Positions 1 through 9,471 of a DNA stretch of 64,000 nt are shown piece by piece. The number at the start of each line of letters is the position of its first letter. The stretch's first letter is position 1. The stretch spans positions 160,823 through 224,822 of the forward strand of contig JAZKJG010000002.1 in the NCBI GenBank assembly GCA_040384445.1. Direction: 5' to 3'. Source of the DNA: Patescibacteria group bacterium. Its GTDB lineage: Bacteria; Patescibacteriota; Minisyncoccia; Phycocordibacterales; CAIZLB01. The notes under the pieces are model-generated. The model was not told the DNA's origin and did no database searches. It saw only the letters and a list, made by a program, of their open reading frames with translations. Both the position numbers and the translations under genes were made by a program.

Positions 1-2325
1 CAGCATCTGTTTCTAAAGCATCAGATTGTGAATTGTTTTGTTGTGAACTAGACTCTTTTCCTACCAAAACTTCTCGGGGTCTTGCTCCATCTGATGGACC
101 GATTACACCTTTAGACTCAAGAATATCCATAAGTCGAGCTGCTCGAGAGTATCCAATACGGAATTTTCTCTGCAAGTACGAAGTGGAAGCCTTTTTAGCG
201 TCGATAACTGCCTGCTTAGCTTCTTCATATAGATCATCATCAGAATCTTCACTATCTCCACCTTCAAATGAAGATGAGAAGATTGCGTTAGAGCCGGCAT
301 TTTCTTGTTCCTGAACACCAAGTTGTATTGTCTCAGGTATATATTCCATTGTATCAATAAGATGCTTTACAATCTTCTTTGTCTCACCCTCAACTATGTT
401 TGGAGATTGCACTCGTTGTGGACTAGACATTGCACCTGTTTTAAAGAGCATATCTCCTTTACCAAGAAGTTCTTCAGCTCCTCTATCATCAAGAATTGTT
501 CTTGAGTCAATCTGTGAAGCAACCTGTAGTGCGAGTCGAGAAGGGATGTTTGCTTTAATGGTACCTGTAATGACGTTTACAGATGGTCGTTGTGTTGAAA
601 GTACTAGGTGAATTCCAACAGCTCGAGACATTTGAGCAAGTCGAACAATTGCAGACTCGAGTTCTTTTGGATATGTCTGCATGATGTCAGCAAGCTCGTC
701 GATCACAACAACAATGTAGGGCATTGTCTCAGGTAGTCCTTCTCCAAGATTTTCTGCCTGCTCTGGTTTCTTGTCCGCAACCTTTTTGGCTTCTTCAAGT
801 GCCGGAGTAAGAATGTTCTTGTGATACGAATCAATATCTCGTACCTGATGTTTCTCTAGTAAGTCGTATCGTCGAGTCATTTCTTTTCCTGCCCATTTAA
901 GCGCCTGGATGGCTTTTTTAGGGTCAGTAATCACGGGTGTGAGTAGGTGAGGGATTCTATTATATAGAGTAAGCTCAACTCGCTTAGGGTCAATAAAGAT
1001 AAATCTTAGATTCTCAGGTGAGTTCTTGTACAAGAGAGATGTTACAAGGTTGTGAATCATCACAGATTTTCCAGATCCAGTTGTACCGGCAATAAGTACG
1101 TGTGGCATCTTTGCAAGGTTCTCATAATACATTTTTCCAGACACTCCTTTACCAAGTGCAATAAGGAGTGGTTCTGGTGCTTTCTGGAACTCGTCACTTG
1201 CAAGTAATGTTCCTAAACCAACAACTGTTTTGATAGTGTTAGGTACCTCGATTCCAACTAGGGATTTACCTGGGATTGGGGCCTCAATTCGAATAGGGTG
1301 AGCAGCAAGTGCAAGAGAAAGGTTTTGCTGTAGATTAAGGATTCGTGACAGCTTTACTCCTTCTGCAGGCTTCATTGTATATCGTGTCACTGAGGGTCCT
1401 ACTGAGATCTCATCCATCTCTACTTGTACACCAAAGTTCTGGAGAGTTCTTTTGATGATATTTGCTTTCACTTTAATATCACCAACCTCAGGTTTTCCTT
1501 TATCTTTCTCTAGAAGAGAAAGAGGAGGGGGAACATACACTCTTCCAAGAAGTAATGACTTTCGACTCATTTGCATCAATTCGTCCATTTGACCTTTATC
1601 TTCAGAAACCTTTGCCTGCAAAGGTTTTATGGCGTCCTTTAGATTGTCTTTTACATTTTCTATAGATAATCTGTCTTTTATAAACACATCCTCAGGTTCT
1701 CCTTGGATTTCAATACGTAGTTTTTTGTCTTTTTTATCTACAAATGATGCGTCATCTTCAAGTTCTTCTTCCTGTATATCTTTCTTTAATCTAAACGAAT
1801 ATTCAAACAATACAACAAGAGATATAAGTAGCATCCCTGTAAGTACTATATACCCAAGTGTTTTATCAAATAGATTTAGTAAAGGTTCTGCTATAAATTG
1901 ACCAAAAATTCCTCCTGCTCCTAGAATAGATATCTCTAATATACCTAGTACTGATATAAGGAATATTCCGGCAAAGAAGATTTTAGTTTTTGTATAAGCA
2001 GTGTTTTCTTTGTGTACACTATAAAAATAGGTCTGAACCCCAAATAAGAAGGGTAGAACATAATACCCGTACCCTAGGAGTCCGTGGAACCATGTATAAC
2101 TAGTTGATCCGATTGCTCCCCCTAGGTTGAAAGGAGCAAGCATGAAGAACAGGAATAGGACAAAAAAGACAAGTGCAAGGACAGTGTTCTTCACGTAGGG
2201 ATTTTCCGGCAACACACTTGGGTTCATTCCTTTAAAAAAGTCTGATACGCCAACACTTTCTTTGCTTTCAGAGACAGATGATCGAGAGTCTCTCTTTTTT
2301 CTCGTTTTTGAAATCTTTTTGGACA
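1..2325 (-). CDS. ftsK: DNA translocase FtsK/SpoIIIE (partial; C-terminal end runs past window start)
   Basis: Minus-strand ORF starting at the ATG at 2325. It has N-terminal TM helices, a Walker A motif (GTTGSGKS), the FtsK motor region (VVVIDELADIM, LVLSTQRPS) and a gamma-like winged helix (SYLQRKFRIGYSRAARLMDILE). It is open to position 1. It is absent from the ORF track only because it runs off the window edge. Confidence 0.85.
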
Positions 2326-2395
2326 TGTGTCCTATTTTACCATGAGGAGAGTTTAAGCCTTGCTTTTTTACTTGTCTTATATATACTGTTTGCTA

Positions 2396-3094
2396 ATGGA
2401 CAATCAATTTACACCTATTGAGCCAAAAAAAGACACAGCCATTACTACTAAAAGACAGATTGAGAGAGCTGCTGTTTCAAAGGCAATATACATGGTAACT
2501 GACCTTTTCGAGGAAGGGGAACCTTTAAAATCAACCCTACGGAAAGCTGCCTTGGATATACTTACAAGCAAGGAGGTTCGGCACACAGATGCCTTATCAA
2601 CCCTGGTAGGTTTGGCAAGGGAGATAGACCTTATTACAGAAGTGAATGCTACTATTCTCCTAAGAGCAATTAGAAGCATTGGAGAGGAAGTTAGAGGAGG
2701 ACAAAGAGAGGTTCAAATTGAAGAAACTCTTAAGTTCAAAGACCAACAAAATGCACTCTCAAGGACTGTTGATTCTGCTCCTTCTAAGGAAATAGTAGCC
2801 GAGGTTGGAAGGGTTGATTCAGTGGTTGAAAAACCTAAAGAAGCAGTAGAACCAAAAAGGACAGAAAGACCTACGATAGCAAGTTCAGTCACTACAACCT
2901 TGGACATTGGAACCCGACGGAAAAAGATCCTAGAGGTTGTAAAATCTAAAGGACAAGCTACTATCCACGAGTTCATACAGTCTATTCAAGGATGTAGCTC
3001 TAAAACGATACAGAGAGAGCTTACGAGCTTGGTTCTGTCAGGGACATTGAAAAAGACAGGGGAAAGACGGTGGAGTAAGTACTCCCTTAGGTAA
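2396..3094 (+). CDS. hypothetical protein with C-terminal DeoR-like winged-helix HTH
   Basis: ORF 2360-3094. The likely start is the internal Met (MDNQF) at 2396. The C-terminus (RRKKILEVVKSKGQATIHEFIQSIQGCSSKTIQRELTSLVLSGTL) resembles a DeoR/wHTH DNA-binding domain. Confidence 0.45.
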   Translation: MDNQFTPIEPKKDTAITTKRQIERAAVSKAIYMVTDLFEEGEPLKSTLRKAALDILTSKEVRHTDALSTLVGLAREIDLITEVNATILLRAIRSIGEEVRGGQREVQIEETLKFKDQQNALSRTVDSAPSKEIVAEVGRVDSVVEKPKEAVEPKRTERPTIASSVTTTLDIGTRRKKILEVVKSKGQATIHEFIQSIQGCSSKTIQRELTSLVLSGTLKKTGERRWSKYSLR

Positions 3095-3111
3095 TAAACT
3101 ATAGGACATAT

Positions 3112-3134
3112 GGGTTTTTTGCTAAAAACCCTTT
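3112..3134 (+). terminator. hairpin GGGTTTTT-tgct-AAAAACCC followed by TTT
   Basis: Perfect 8-bp stem directly after the stop of the 2396-3094 gene. The U-tail is short, so this is a weak intrinsic terminator. Confidence 0.35.
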
Positions 3135-3250
3135 AAAAGTTGTAATATAACCCCTATGTACCCGTTTTCACTGGTACAGGTTAGCTTTCGGGTCCGTTTT
3201 GAGTATTGGTTCAATCGATATTCAAGACGGGTTCGCAAAGATTTAGCCCG

Positions 3251-3310
3251 AGTAGTGCGTGTCTAGATTTATCAATTATTATTAATAATAGACATTTAAA
3301 ACGCACTACT
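3251..3310. promoter_or_regulatory. imperfect ~15-bp inverted repeat enclosing the palindrome TATTATTAATAATA, 20 nt upstream of the 3330 start codon
   Basis: AGTAGTGCGTGTCTA (3251-3265) pairs with TAGAC...ACGCACTACT (3289-3310). The central AT palindrome is at 3278-3291. The element lies in the 5' leader or promoter of the surface-protein gene. Confidence 0.3.
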
Positions 3311-3329
3311 TATATTTAAATCAAACATT

Positions 3330-5075
3330 ATGAAAAATACATTCAAAGCAGCAATCTTCGCTCTTGCCCTTACAGTTACTGTAGGAGCATCAGCGCAAGG
3401 TTACATGTTCAATACAAACCTAAAGCTAGGAGCACGAGGAGCTGATGTTACAGCACTTCAATCTGCACTAGTTGCTGGTGGTTACCTTTCAGTAACTCCA
3501 ACAGGTTATTTCGGACAACTTACAAAGCGAGCAGTTCAGGACTTCCAAAGAGCTAACGGAATTACTCCAGTTTCTGGATTTTTCGGACCTCTTACACGAG
3601 CAGTTATGAACGCAGGAGCACCAACAACTCCTACAACTCCAGCAGCATGTCCAATTGGATACGTTTGCCAGCCTACATCAACTGGTGGTTCAACATCAGG
3701 AAGTGAAGGATTTGCAGAAGTTCGAGTAGCAGTAACTCCAACAAACAATCCAAATGTACAATTCAGTACAGATGTTCCTGTTTATGGAATTGAGTTCCGA
3801 GCAAAGCAGTCTGATATTACAGTTGAAAGAGTTAACCTACAGGTATCTGTAACTAACGCAGGTTCAGAAGAGAACCCTTCAACACTTATCAACACTGTTA
3901 TTGTTAAGGACGGATCAACTGTTCTACAAACAATCCCAGTTTCTTCAGCTACTTTCTCAAAGGTCACAACTAACGGTGTAACAACTTACTACCTACAAGT
4001 TGCTGGTCTAGGATTCAGAGTTGCTAAAGATACTGCTAAGGACCTTACATTCTCATTTAACACTAACTCAATCGATACAGATCGAACAGTTGCTGTTACA
4101 GTTTATGGAGGAGCTACAGGACAGGGAATTCGAGTTGTGGACGGACGAGGTATCAGTAACTACAATGGTCTAGGAGATGTGCGAACACACACTTTCAAGA
4201 AACCAGGTACATCTACTCTTACAGCTAAGGCAGACGCAACAACACTTTACGCTAACAACTACCGAGTTAACGTTAACGGAAATGGAGCAGAAAAAGTTCT
4301 TTCTTCAACATTCGCTGTTAAATCAGAAACAGGTTCTTCAAAGCTTAACAGTGTAACAGTAGCAGTTACTGCTTCTGGAACATTGCCTTCAAACGTTTAC
4401 CTATACGATGGATCAACTATCGTTGATGCTCGATCAGGATCAACTTCAGTTACATTTGATCTAAGTAACTCAAACATTGTTGTTTCAGCAGATACTACTA
4501 AGACTTTCTCAGTTAAAGTAGATATGCCTTCAAACACAGCAACTGGAACAGTTATCTTAACTCAAGTTACTGCAGTTTCTTATGAGAAACCAAATGGTTC
4601 ATCAGCAACTATTTCAGGTCTATCAATCGCAGGTCCTTATAACTACTTTGCTCCAATTGTTGCAAAGTTCAGTAAAGTTTCATCATCAGTAAGTACAGTA
4701 ACTAACGACGGTATCGATACTGCAGTTGTTGCTAACTTCCGACTTGGAATTATGGCTGACGGTGGAGATCTATCAACATCTACATTCGCAGTTATCGGAA
4801 TCAAGAACATCTCTACAGGAGTAGTTATCGCTACTTCATCAGTGGTTGGAGTTCCTTCAGAAAGTGGTCTTTCATTGTTTGCAGACGGAGCAACAAAATA
4901 TGTTGACTTCTCTAAGACATTCGCATCATCATCATTCTCAATCGGAACTACAAACACAGTTCGAGCATTCATCGAGTCTGTAGCATGGAAAGCAGCCACA
5001 AACGGTACTTTCGCTACATCAACACGAGGATTCGAAGCTCTTGATAGTGAAGGAACAGCTTCATTCAGTAGATAG
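3330..5075 (+). CDS. secreted Ser/Thr-rich surface protein with N-terminal peptidoglycan-binding (PG_binding_1-like) domain
   Basis: Signal peptide (MKNTFKAAIFALALTVTVGASAQG). The PG-binding-like motif is GARGADVTALQSALVAGGYL...FQRANGITPVSGFFGPLTRAV. A long beta-rich S/T/V/N-rich region follows. It is a paralog of the C-terminal domains of the 55950 gene. Confidence 0.6.
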   Translation: MKNTFKAAIFALALTVTVGASAQGYMFNTNLKLGARGADVTALQSALVAGGYLSVTPTGYFGQLTKRAVQDFQRANGITPVSGFFGPLTRAVMNAGAPTTPTTPAACPIGYVCQPTSTGGSTSGSEGFAEVRVAVTPTNNPNVQFSTDVPVYGIEFRAKQSDITVERVNLQVSVTNAGSEENPSTLINTVIVKDGSTVLQTIPVSSATFSKVTTNGVTTYYLQVAGLGFRVAKDTAKDLTFSFNTNSIDTDRTVAVTVYGGATGQGIRVVDGRGISNYNGLGDVRTHTFKKPGTSTLTAKADATTLYANNYRVNVNGNGAEKVLSSTFAVKSETGSSKLNSVTVAVTASGTLPSNVYLYDGSTIVDARSGSTSVTFDLSNSNIVVSADTTKTFSVKVDMPSNTATGTVILTQVTAVSYEKPNGSSATISGLSIAGPYNYFAPIVAKFSKVSSSVSTVTNDGIDTAVVANFRLGIMADGGDLSTSTFAVIGIKNISTGVVIATSSVVGVPSESGLSLFADGATKYVDFSKTFASSSFSIGTTNTVRAFIESVAWKAATNGTFATSTRGFEALDSEGTASFSR

Positions 5076-5142
5076 TCGACCGTTTGTAACTTCTTCGGAA
5101 TTTACATAACAGTTAGCTAAAAATTGAAAAGCTTCCGCAAAA

Positions 5143-5166
5143 GCCACCCGCAAGGGTGGCTTTTGT
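5143..5166 (+). terminator. rho-independent terminator GCCACCC-gcaa-GGGTGGC + TTTT
   Basis: GC-rich 7-bp stem with a 4-nt loop and a T-run, 70 nt after the stop of the 3330 gene. Confidence 0.7.
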
Positions 5167-5358
5167 TATGTCTATATTTCAAAGTAAAAAGATGTTATAG
5201 TGTATAAATGTTAGACAGTACGTCATTCAAATTCATCCTAAGCTTCCTTGGGGTTATAGTTGCGACTCTGCTTATTCTTAAAGGTATAACAAACGCATAA
5301 ATACCTTATTTTTCCTTGTAAAAATTGTAATATTACTCGTCGTAAAACGTTATCTAAC

Positions 5359-5958
5359 ATGAAAGAAGATCATACACATATCTCACATATGAACGACTCC
5401 TACAAAGATATATGGTCTATTTCAGAAACAGATTTTAAAAAGCTCTTTGAACAGATATATTACAAATACATCGATTCACTGTATAGATTTGCTTACTTTA
5501 GACTTAGTGATGCAGAAAAGGCTACAGACCTGGTCCAGGATGTTTTCATCAAATACTTTGCATACTTACAGAAGTTAAGAAACAATCCAAAGGAGGAGAA
5601 TAGAGTTGATCTGAATCACAGAGCAATCCTGTTTCAATCTCTTCGAAATGCTGTTGTAGACCAATACAGACTAAAAAAGAACTACTCACTAGATGCGCTT
5701 ATAGATGAAGAGGGTGCTGACGACCTACTTGCTTCAGATGAAGATATTACATCATCAACTGAAACAGATATTAACTTTAAAGAATTAACTAAACATATAG
5801 TTAAGCTAAAGCCAGGTCAGCAGGAACTTATCTATATGAGATATTTTGAAGGTTTGTCAGTCACGGAAATTTCTCTTGCTCTAAACGAGAGGGAAAACAC
5901 TGTCTCGGTAAAACTGCACAGAATTGCAGAAGTGTTAAAAAAAGCTATGAATTCGTAA
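5359..5958 (+). CDS. RNA polymerase sigma-70 family factor, ECF-like
   Basis: Region-2-like segment (ATDLVQDVFIKYFAYL) and region 4 HTH (LKPGQQELIYMRYFEGLSVTEISLALNERENTVSVKLHRI). The 199 aa size is typical of group-4 sigma factors. Confidence 0.75.
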   Translation: MKEDHTHISHMNDSYKDIWSISETDFKKLFEQIYYKYIDSLYRFAYFRLSDAEKATDLVQDVFIKYFAYLQKLRNNPKEENRVDLNHRAILFQSLRNAVVDQYRLKKNYSLDALIDEEGADDLLASDEDITSSTETDINFKELTKHIVKLKPGQQELIYMRYFEGLSVTEISLALNERENTVSVKLHRIAEVLKKAMNS

Positions 5959-5986
5959 TATATCCGTTTAAAAATTTATCCACCAA

Positions 5987-6847
5987 ATGTTACAAGACAC
6001 TAACAACATCATTCATACACTGCAGAAGATGAGACTAAAAAAGTCTGTGTCTTTGGATGTTGGTAAAAAGGCTTCAATCCTTAACTCTGTATTTGAACAA
6101 CCTGCAAGCTTAGTGTCTTCACCTCTTAGACCAAAATATACAACAAACATCCCATCACCATATTTTGTGATGTTCTCACGATACGTACTACCGGTATTTG
6201 TCCTATTTTTTGTTGGACGAGTATTTGGAGACGGTTTGGTTGAAAGAGCTCAGTTGGCTATTGGAGATTTTAATCAAGTAAAATCAGAGATTGCACTACA
6301 GAACTCACTTACAGAAACTAAGAAAGATATTGTTGCACTAAAGACTTTTGCTCTTGCAGACGTATCTTCAGATAAAAAAGACTTAACTGACAAGGTGACA
6401 AGTGGTTCTCGACAAATTAGAAACCAAGTTGCTTCTCTTGTAAAAGAAAATAAGATTACAGAGGCAAAAGAGATTGTGCTTACACTAGAGACTGCTCTTA
6501 AGGCTGATGAGCTGTATAAAGTTGCTACTTCAGTAAGTGATGAGGTGATGGAGACTACGGACCTAAGACTTGAACTTGAACGAAAAGAGACTGAGGTATC
6601 AGTTCTAGAGGCTTCATCTTCAGCTACAACAACAGTTAAAGGTATTCAAGATCGATTAACAGAAGACAAGAAGGAATTGTCTGATATCGAATCTACAGCT
6701 TCAACAACTGAAATGCTTGCAGAGGCACAAAAATTCCTTTTGAAATCAGAAGAATATGTACAGGCAGGGAATGTTGAAAACGCTATTATATCACTCCAAG
6801 CGCATGATCGTATAGTTGCAGAAATAAAGCTAATACTGTTACCATAG
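5987..6847 (+). CDS. putative anti-sigma factor (short cytoplasmic N-domain, one TM, extracytoplasmic coiled-coil region)
   Basis: Lies immediately downstream of the ECF sigma gene. It has ~60 aa N-terminal, a TM helix (YFVMFSRYVLPVFVLFFVGRVF) and a K/E-rich coiled-coil C-terminus. No family motif was recognised; the assignment rests on context. Confidence 0.35.
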   Translation: MLQDTNNIIHTLQKMRLKKSVSLDVGKKASILNSVFEQPASLVSSPLRPKYTTNIPSPYFVMFSRYVLPVFVLFFVGRVFGDGLVERAQLAIGDFNQVKSEIALQNSLTETKKDIVALKTFALADVSSDKKDLTDKVTSGSRQIRNQVASLVKENKITEAKEIVLTLETALKADELYKVATSVSDEVMETTDLRLELERKETEVSVLEASSSATTTVKGIQDRLTEDKKELSDIESTASTTEMLAEAQKFLLKSEEYVQAGNVENAIISLQAHDRIVAEIKLILLP

Positions 6848-6851
6848 GGTA

Positions 6852-7100
6852 ATGGCATTCTTTAAAGATTTCATCACAAAACAATTAGTCAAGAAACAAC
6901 TCAAGGGTGTACCTGAGGATCAGCAACAAAAAATTATGGGCCTTATAGAAAAGGATCCAGAGTTTTTTAAAGTGATTGGTGAAAAAATACAAGAGGAAAT
7001 TAAAAAAGGGAAAGGGCAAATGGAAGCAACTATGATTGTTATGAAAGAACATCGAGAAAAGTTATCAAAGCTTTTAGGTGAGTCTGGATTTACAAAATAG
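6852..7100 (+). CDS. small hypothetical protein (82 aa, K/E-rich)
   Basis: ORF only, 4 nt after the stop of the preceding gene. No recognisable motif. Confidence 0.35.
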   Translation: MAFFKDFITKQLVKKQLKGVPEDQQQKIMGLIEKDPEFFKVIGEKIQEEIKKGKGQMEATMIVMKEHREKLSKLLGESGFTK

Positions 7101-7174
7101 TATTTTTGACACAGTGTGTTGTTATATAAAAGTTCTTTTTGACATAACTACAGTTATGATATACTTATCCCTAT

Positions 7175-7855
7175 ATGCTTAAGTTCACTAACGTTACGAA
7201 GCTGTATCACACAGGTGATACTGCTTTAAAAGATATTAATATTCACATCAGACCAAAAGAATTTGTTTCTATTGTTGGTCAGTCTGGTGCTGGAAAGACA
7301 ACACTACTAAAACTTGTGTTAGGAGAAGAATCTCCAACAGAAGGTGAGGTTATTTTTGAGGAGATGAATATTCATCAACTTAAAAGAAAACACATGAACA
7401 TGTATCGACGTCGAGTGGGTACGGTGTTTCAAGATTTTCGACTATTACCTGACAAGACAGCATATGAAAATGTGGCCTTCGCAATGGAGGCAGCGGGGCG
7501 AGCAGATTTTGAAATTGAATCTGATGTGCCACATGCACTCGATCTCGTTGGGCTGCGACATAAGGCGCACAGTTTTCCAGATCAATTGTCTGGAGGAGAG
7601 AAACAAAGAGTTGCAATTGCACGAGCAATTGTGAATCAGCCAGAGATGATTATTGCGGATGAGCCAACTGGAAACCTCGATCCTGTAAACACATACGAGA
7701 TTATTCAACTTCTTAAGAAGATCAACGATTTAGGAACAACAATTATTTTAACAACGCATAACGTTGGGGTGATTGATAACCTTGGCCGAAGAGTTATTAC
7801 AATTAAAGATGGAAAAGTTGCTCTCGATAGTATCGAAGGTAAATATATTTTATAA
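7175..7855 (+). CDS. ftsE: cell-division ABC transporter ATP-binding protein FtsE
   Basis: Walker A (GQSGAGKTT), ABC signature (LSGGEKQRVAIARA) and Walker B (IIADEPTGNLD). 226 aa, directly followed by ftsX. Confidence 0.85.
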   Translation: MLKFTNVTKLYHTGDTALKDINIHIRPKEFVSIVGQSGAGKTTLLKLVLGEESPTEGEVIFEEMNIHQLKRKHMNMYRRRVGTVFQDFRLLPDKTAYENVAFAMEAAGRADFEIESDVPHALDLVGLRHKAHSFPDQLSGGEKQRVAIARAIVNQPEMIIADEPTGNLDPVNTYEIIQLLKKINDLGTTIILTTHNVGVIDNLGRRVITIKDGKVALDSIEGKYIL

Positions 7856-7873
7856 TCTAATCTACTACATATA

Positions 7874-8797
7874 ATGATCATTACGAAACTTAGACGAACA
7901 ATAAAATCGGGAGCAATTAGTTTTTGGCGAAACAGTTCAGTTTCGCTTGCCTCTGTACTTATCATGACAGTGACGCTTACAGTTATTTCCATGATACTTT
8001 TTTTTGGTGTAGTGATGTCTTCTACGCTTGAAACAATTAAGAGTAAAGTAGATATTAACGTATATTTTGTAAAAGGAGCAGAGGAAGAAGAAATGATTGC
8101 ACTGTCTGAGAGTTTGAAACAAATGCCAGAGATTGCGTCTGTTGAATATGTTTCTAGAGAGCAAGCATATGCAACTTTTAGAGAGAGACATAAAGACGAA
8201 GAGGCAACACTGCAGGCATTGGATGAGATTGGAGAAAATCCACTCCCTGCAAGTTTAAATATTAAAGCTAAAGATCCTTCACAATATGATGCGATTGTAG
8301 AAGTTTTGAAAAATAAAGAAATCACAACAAATGATAATGGAATTGTTGAAAAGATTAACTATACAAAAAACAAGCAAGCAATTGACGCGATTACACGAAT
8401 CATTAACGCTTCAAACAAGTTAGGATTCTTGATTGCAATATTCTTCGCCGCAGTTTCAATTCTTATTACATTTAACACAGTTCGACTCGCAATCTATATT
8501 TTCCGAGAAGAAATTTCAGTAATGAGATTGGTGGGAGCAAGTGAGACATATATTCGAGGACCATTTGTTACTGTTGGAATTTTGTACGGTATTGTATCAG
8601 CTATTGTCACGGTGCTGCTCATGATACCACTTACGAATTCACTTGGTGAATGGACTGATAAGTTGGGAACAGGCATGAACTTGTTTGCATACTATCAAGA
8701 TCATCTTGTTATAATTATAGTAAGTTTACTGGTCGCAGGATCAACACTTGGAGCAATATCAAGTTTCTTGGCAATCAGAAGGTATCTAAAAGTATAA
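7874..8797 (+). CDS. ftsX: cell-division permease FtsX
   Basis: 307 aa. An N-terminal TM, a large periplasmic-type loop and three C-terminal TM helices. Adjacent to ftsE. Confidence 0.8.
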   Translation: MIITKLRRTIKSGAISFWRNSSVSLASVLIMTVTLTVISMILFFGVVMSSTLETIKSKVDINVYFVKGAEEEEMIALSESLKQMPEIASVEYVSREQAYATFRERHKDEEATLQALDEIGENPLPASLNIKAKDPSQYDAIVEVLKNKEITTNDNGIVEKINYTKNKQAIDAITRIINASNKLGFLIAIFFAAVSILITFNTVRLAIYIFREEISVMRLVGASETYIRGPFVTVGILYGIVSAIVTVLLMIPLTNSLGEWTDKLGTGMNLFAYYQDHLVIIIVSLLVAGSTLGAISSFLAIRRYLKV

Positions 8798-8803
8798 ATA
8801 AAA

Positions 8804-8842
8804 AGAGACCCTCCGCGATGAAGCGAGAGGGTCTTTTGTTTT
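8804..8842. terminator. bidirectional terminator AGAGACCCTC-...-GAGGGTCTCT flanked by A-run and T-run
   Basis: Lies between the convergent ftsX (+) and the lipoprotein gene (-). 10-bp stem with runs on both sides. Confidence 0.65.
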
Positions 8843-8859
8843 GATTCTTGTGGGCAATG

Positions 8860-9294
8860 TTAGTTGCCCCAGCGTTGGCGCCATTGGTCGTAGCCAATGG
8901 AATTGCGGCCGGGAGGGACGACTCCTTGACTGTAGGACTGATTAAAGTCCCGGTAGTTAGGATTCCGCATCCGAGGGTCCTGTTGAGGAGGGCCACCGTA
9001 GTAGCCACCTCCGTACTGAGGGTAACCAGGGTTACCGCCGTACATTGGAGGACGTGGCATCGGCCGAGGTTGCATTTGGGGAGGATAACCTCCACCGTAT
9101 TGCGGTCCTTGAGGACGCATTTGGGGAGGGTAACCACCACCATACTGAGGTCCTTGTGGATGGCGCATCTGAGGAGGAGGATAACCTCCGCCGCCGCCAT
9201 AATTGCCACCAGCGTGGGGTTGGTAGGTGATTCCACAGGAGGTGAGGGACACGGCAGCGAGTGCCAGAACCAACATTGTAAGGAGCTTTTTCAT
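8860..9294 (-). CDS. lipoprotein with Gly/Pro/Tyr/Gln-rich tandem repeats (YGGGYPPQMRPQGPQ)
   Basis: Lipoprotein signal with lipobox (MKKLLTMLVLALAAVSLTSC). Repeated GGGYPPQM(R/Q)P(Q)GPQY units. Locally GC-rich, driven by GGN/CCN codons. The long + strand ORF 8848-9312 is its antisense artefact. Confidence 0.6.
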   Translation of the reverse strand: MKKLLTMLVLALAAVSLTSCGITYQPHAGGNYGGGGGYPPPQMRHPQGPQYGGGYPPQMRPQGPQYGGGYPPQMQPRPMPRPPMYGGNPGYPQYGGGYYGGPPQQDPRMRNPNYRDFNQSYSQGVVPPGRNSIGYDQWRQRWGN

Positions 9295-9471
9295 GATTTC
9301 AGAATGGGTTGAAACGAGGGATTGTTACGCAGGAACTCTTCCTTTGTATGTGTATATTATACCATATCCAGTATAAAAAAGCAAGTACCAATAAAAGCCA
9401 AGTAATATAAGCCTAAATGTTCTATTGGAGTAGGAAAACTCATATTCTACATGATATACTTGTATATTATG

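Noticed and set aside
33-1901. Plus-strand ORFs 33-314, 305-505, 396-611 and 1629-1901
   Set aside because: They lie antisense to the long minus-strand FtsK reading frame, which has Walker A, the motor and gamma domains. Their translations are low-complexity with no motifs. They are shadow ORFs.
7380-8325. Minus-strand ORFs 7380-7628, 7445-7708, 7705-8325 and 7937-8191 antisense to ftsE/ftsX
   Set aside because: They overlap strongly motif-supported ftsE/ftsX on the other strand. Their composition (Ser/Cys/Ile-rich) is typical of antisense frames in AT-rich DNA.
8848-9312. 154-aa plus-strand ORF overlapping the repeat lipoprotein gene
   Set aside because: Local GC-richness removes stops on both strands. 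The minus-strand frame has a textbook lipoprotein signal/lipobox and coherent repeats. The plus frame is Arg/Val-rich nonsense with no signal. The bidirectional terminator at 8804-8842 fits the minus gene.
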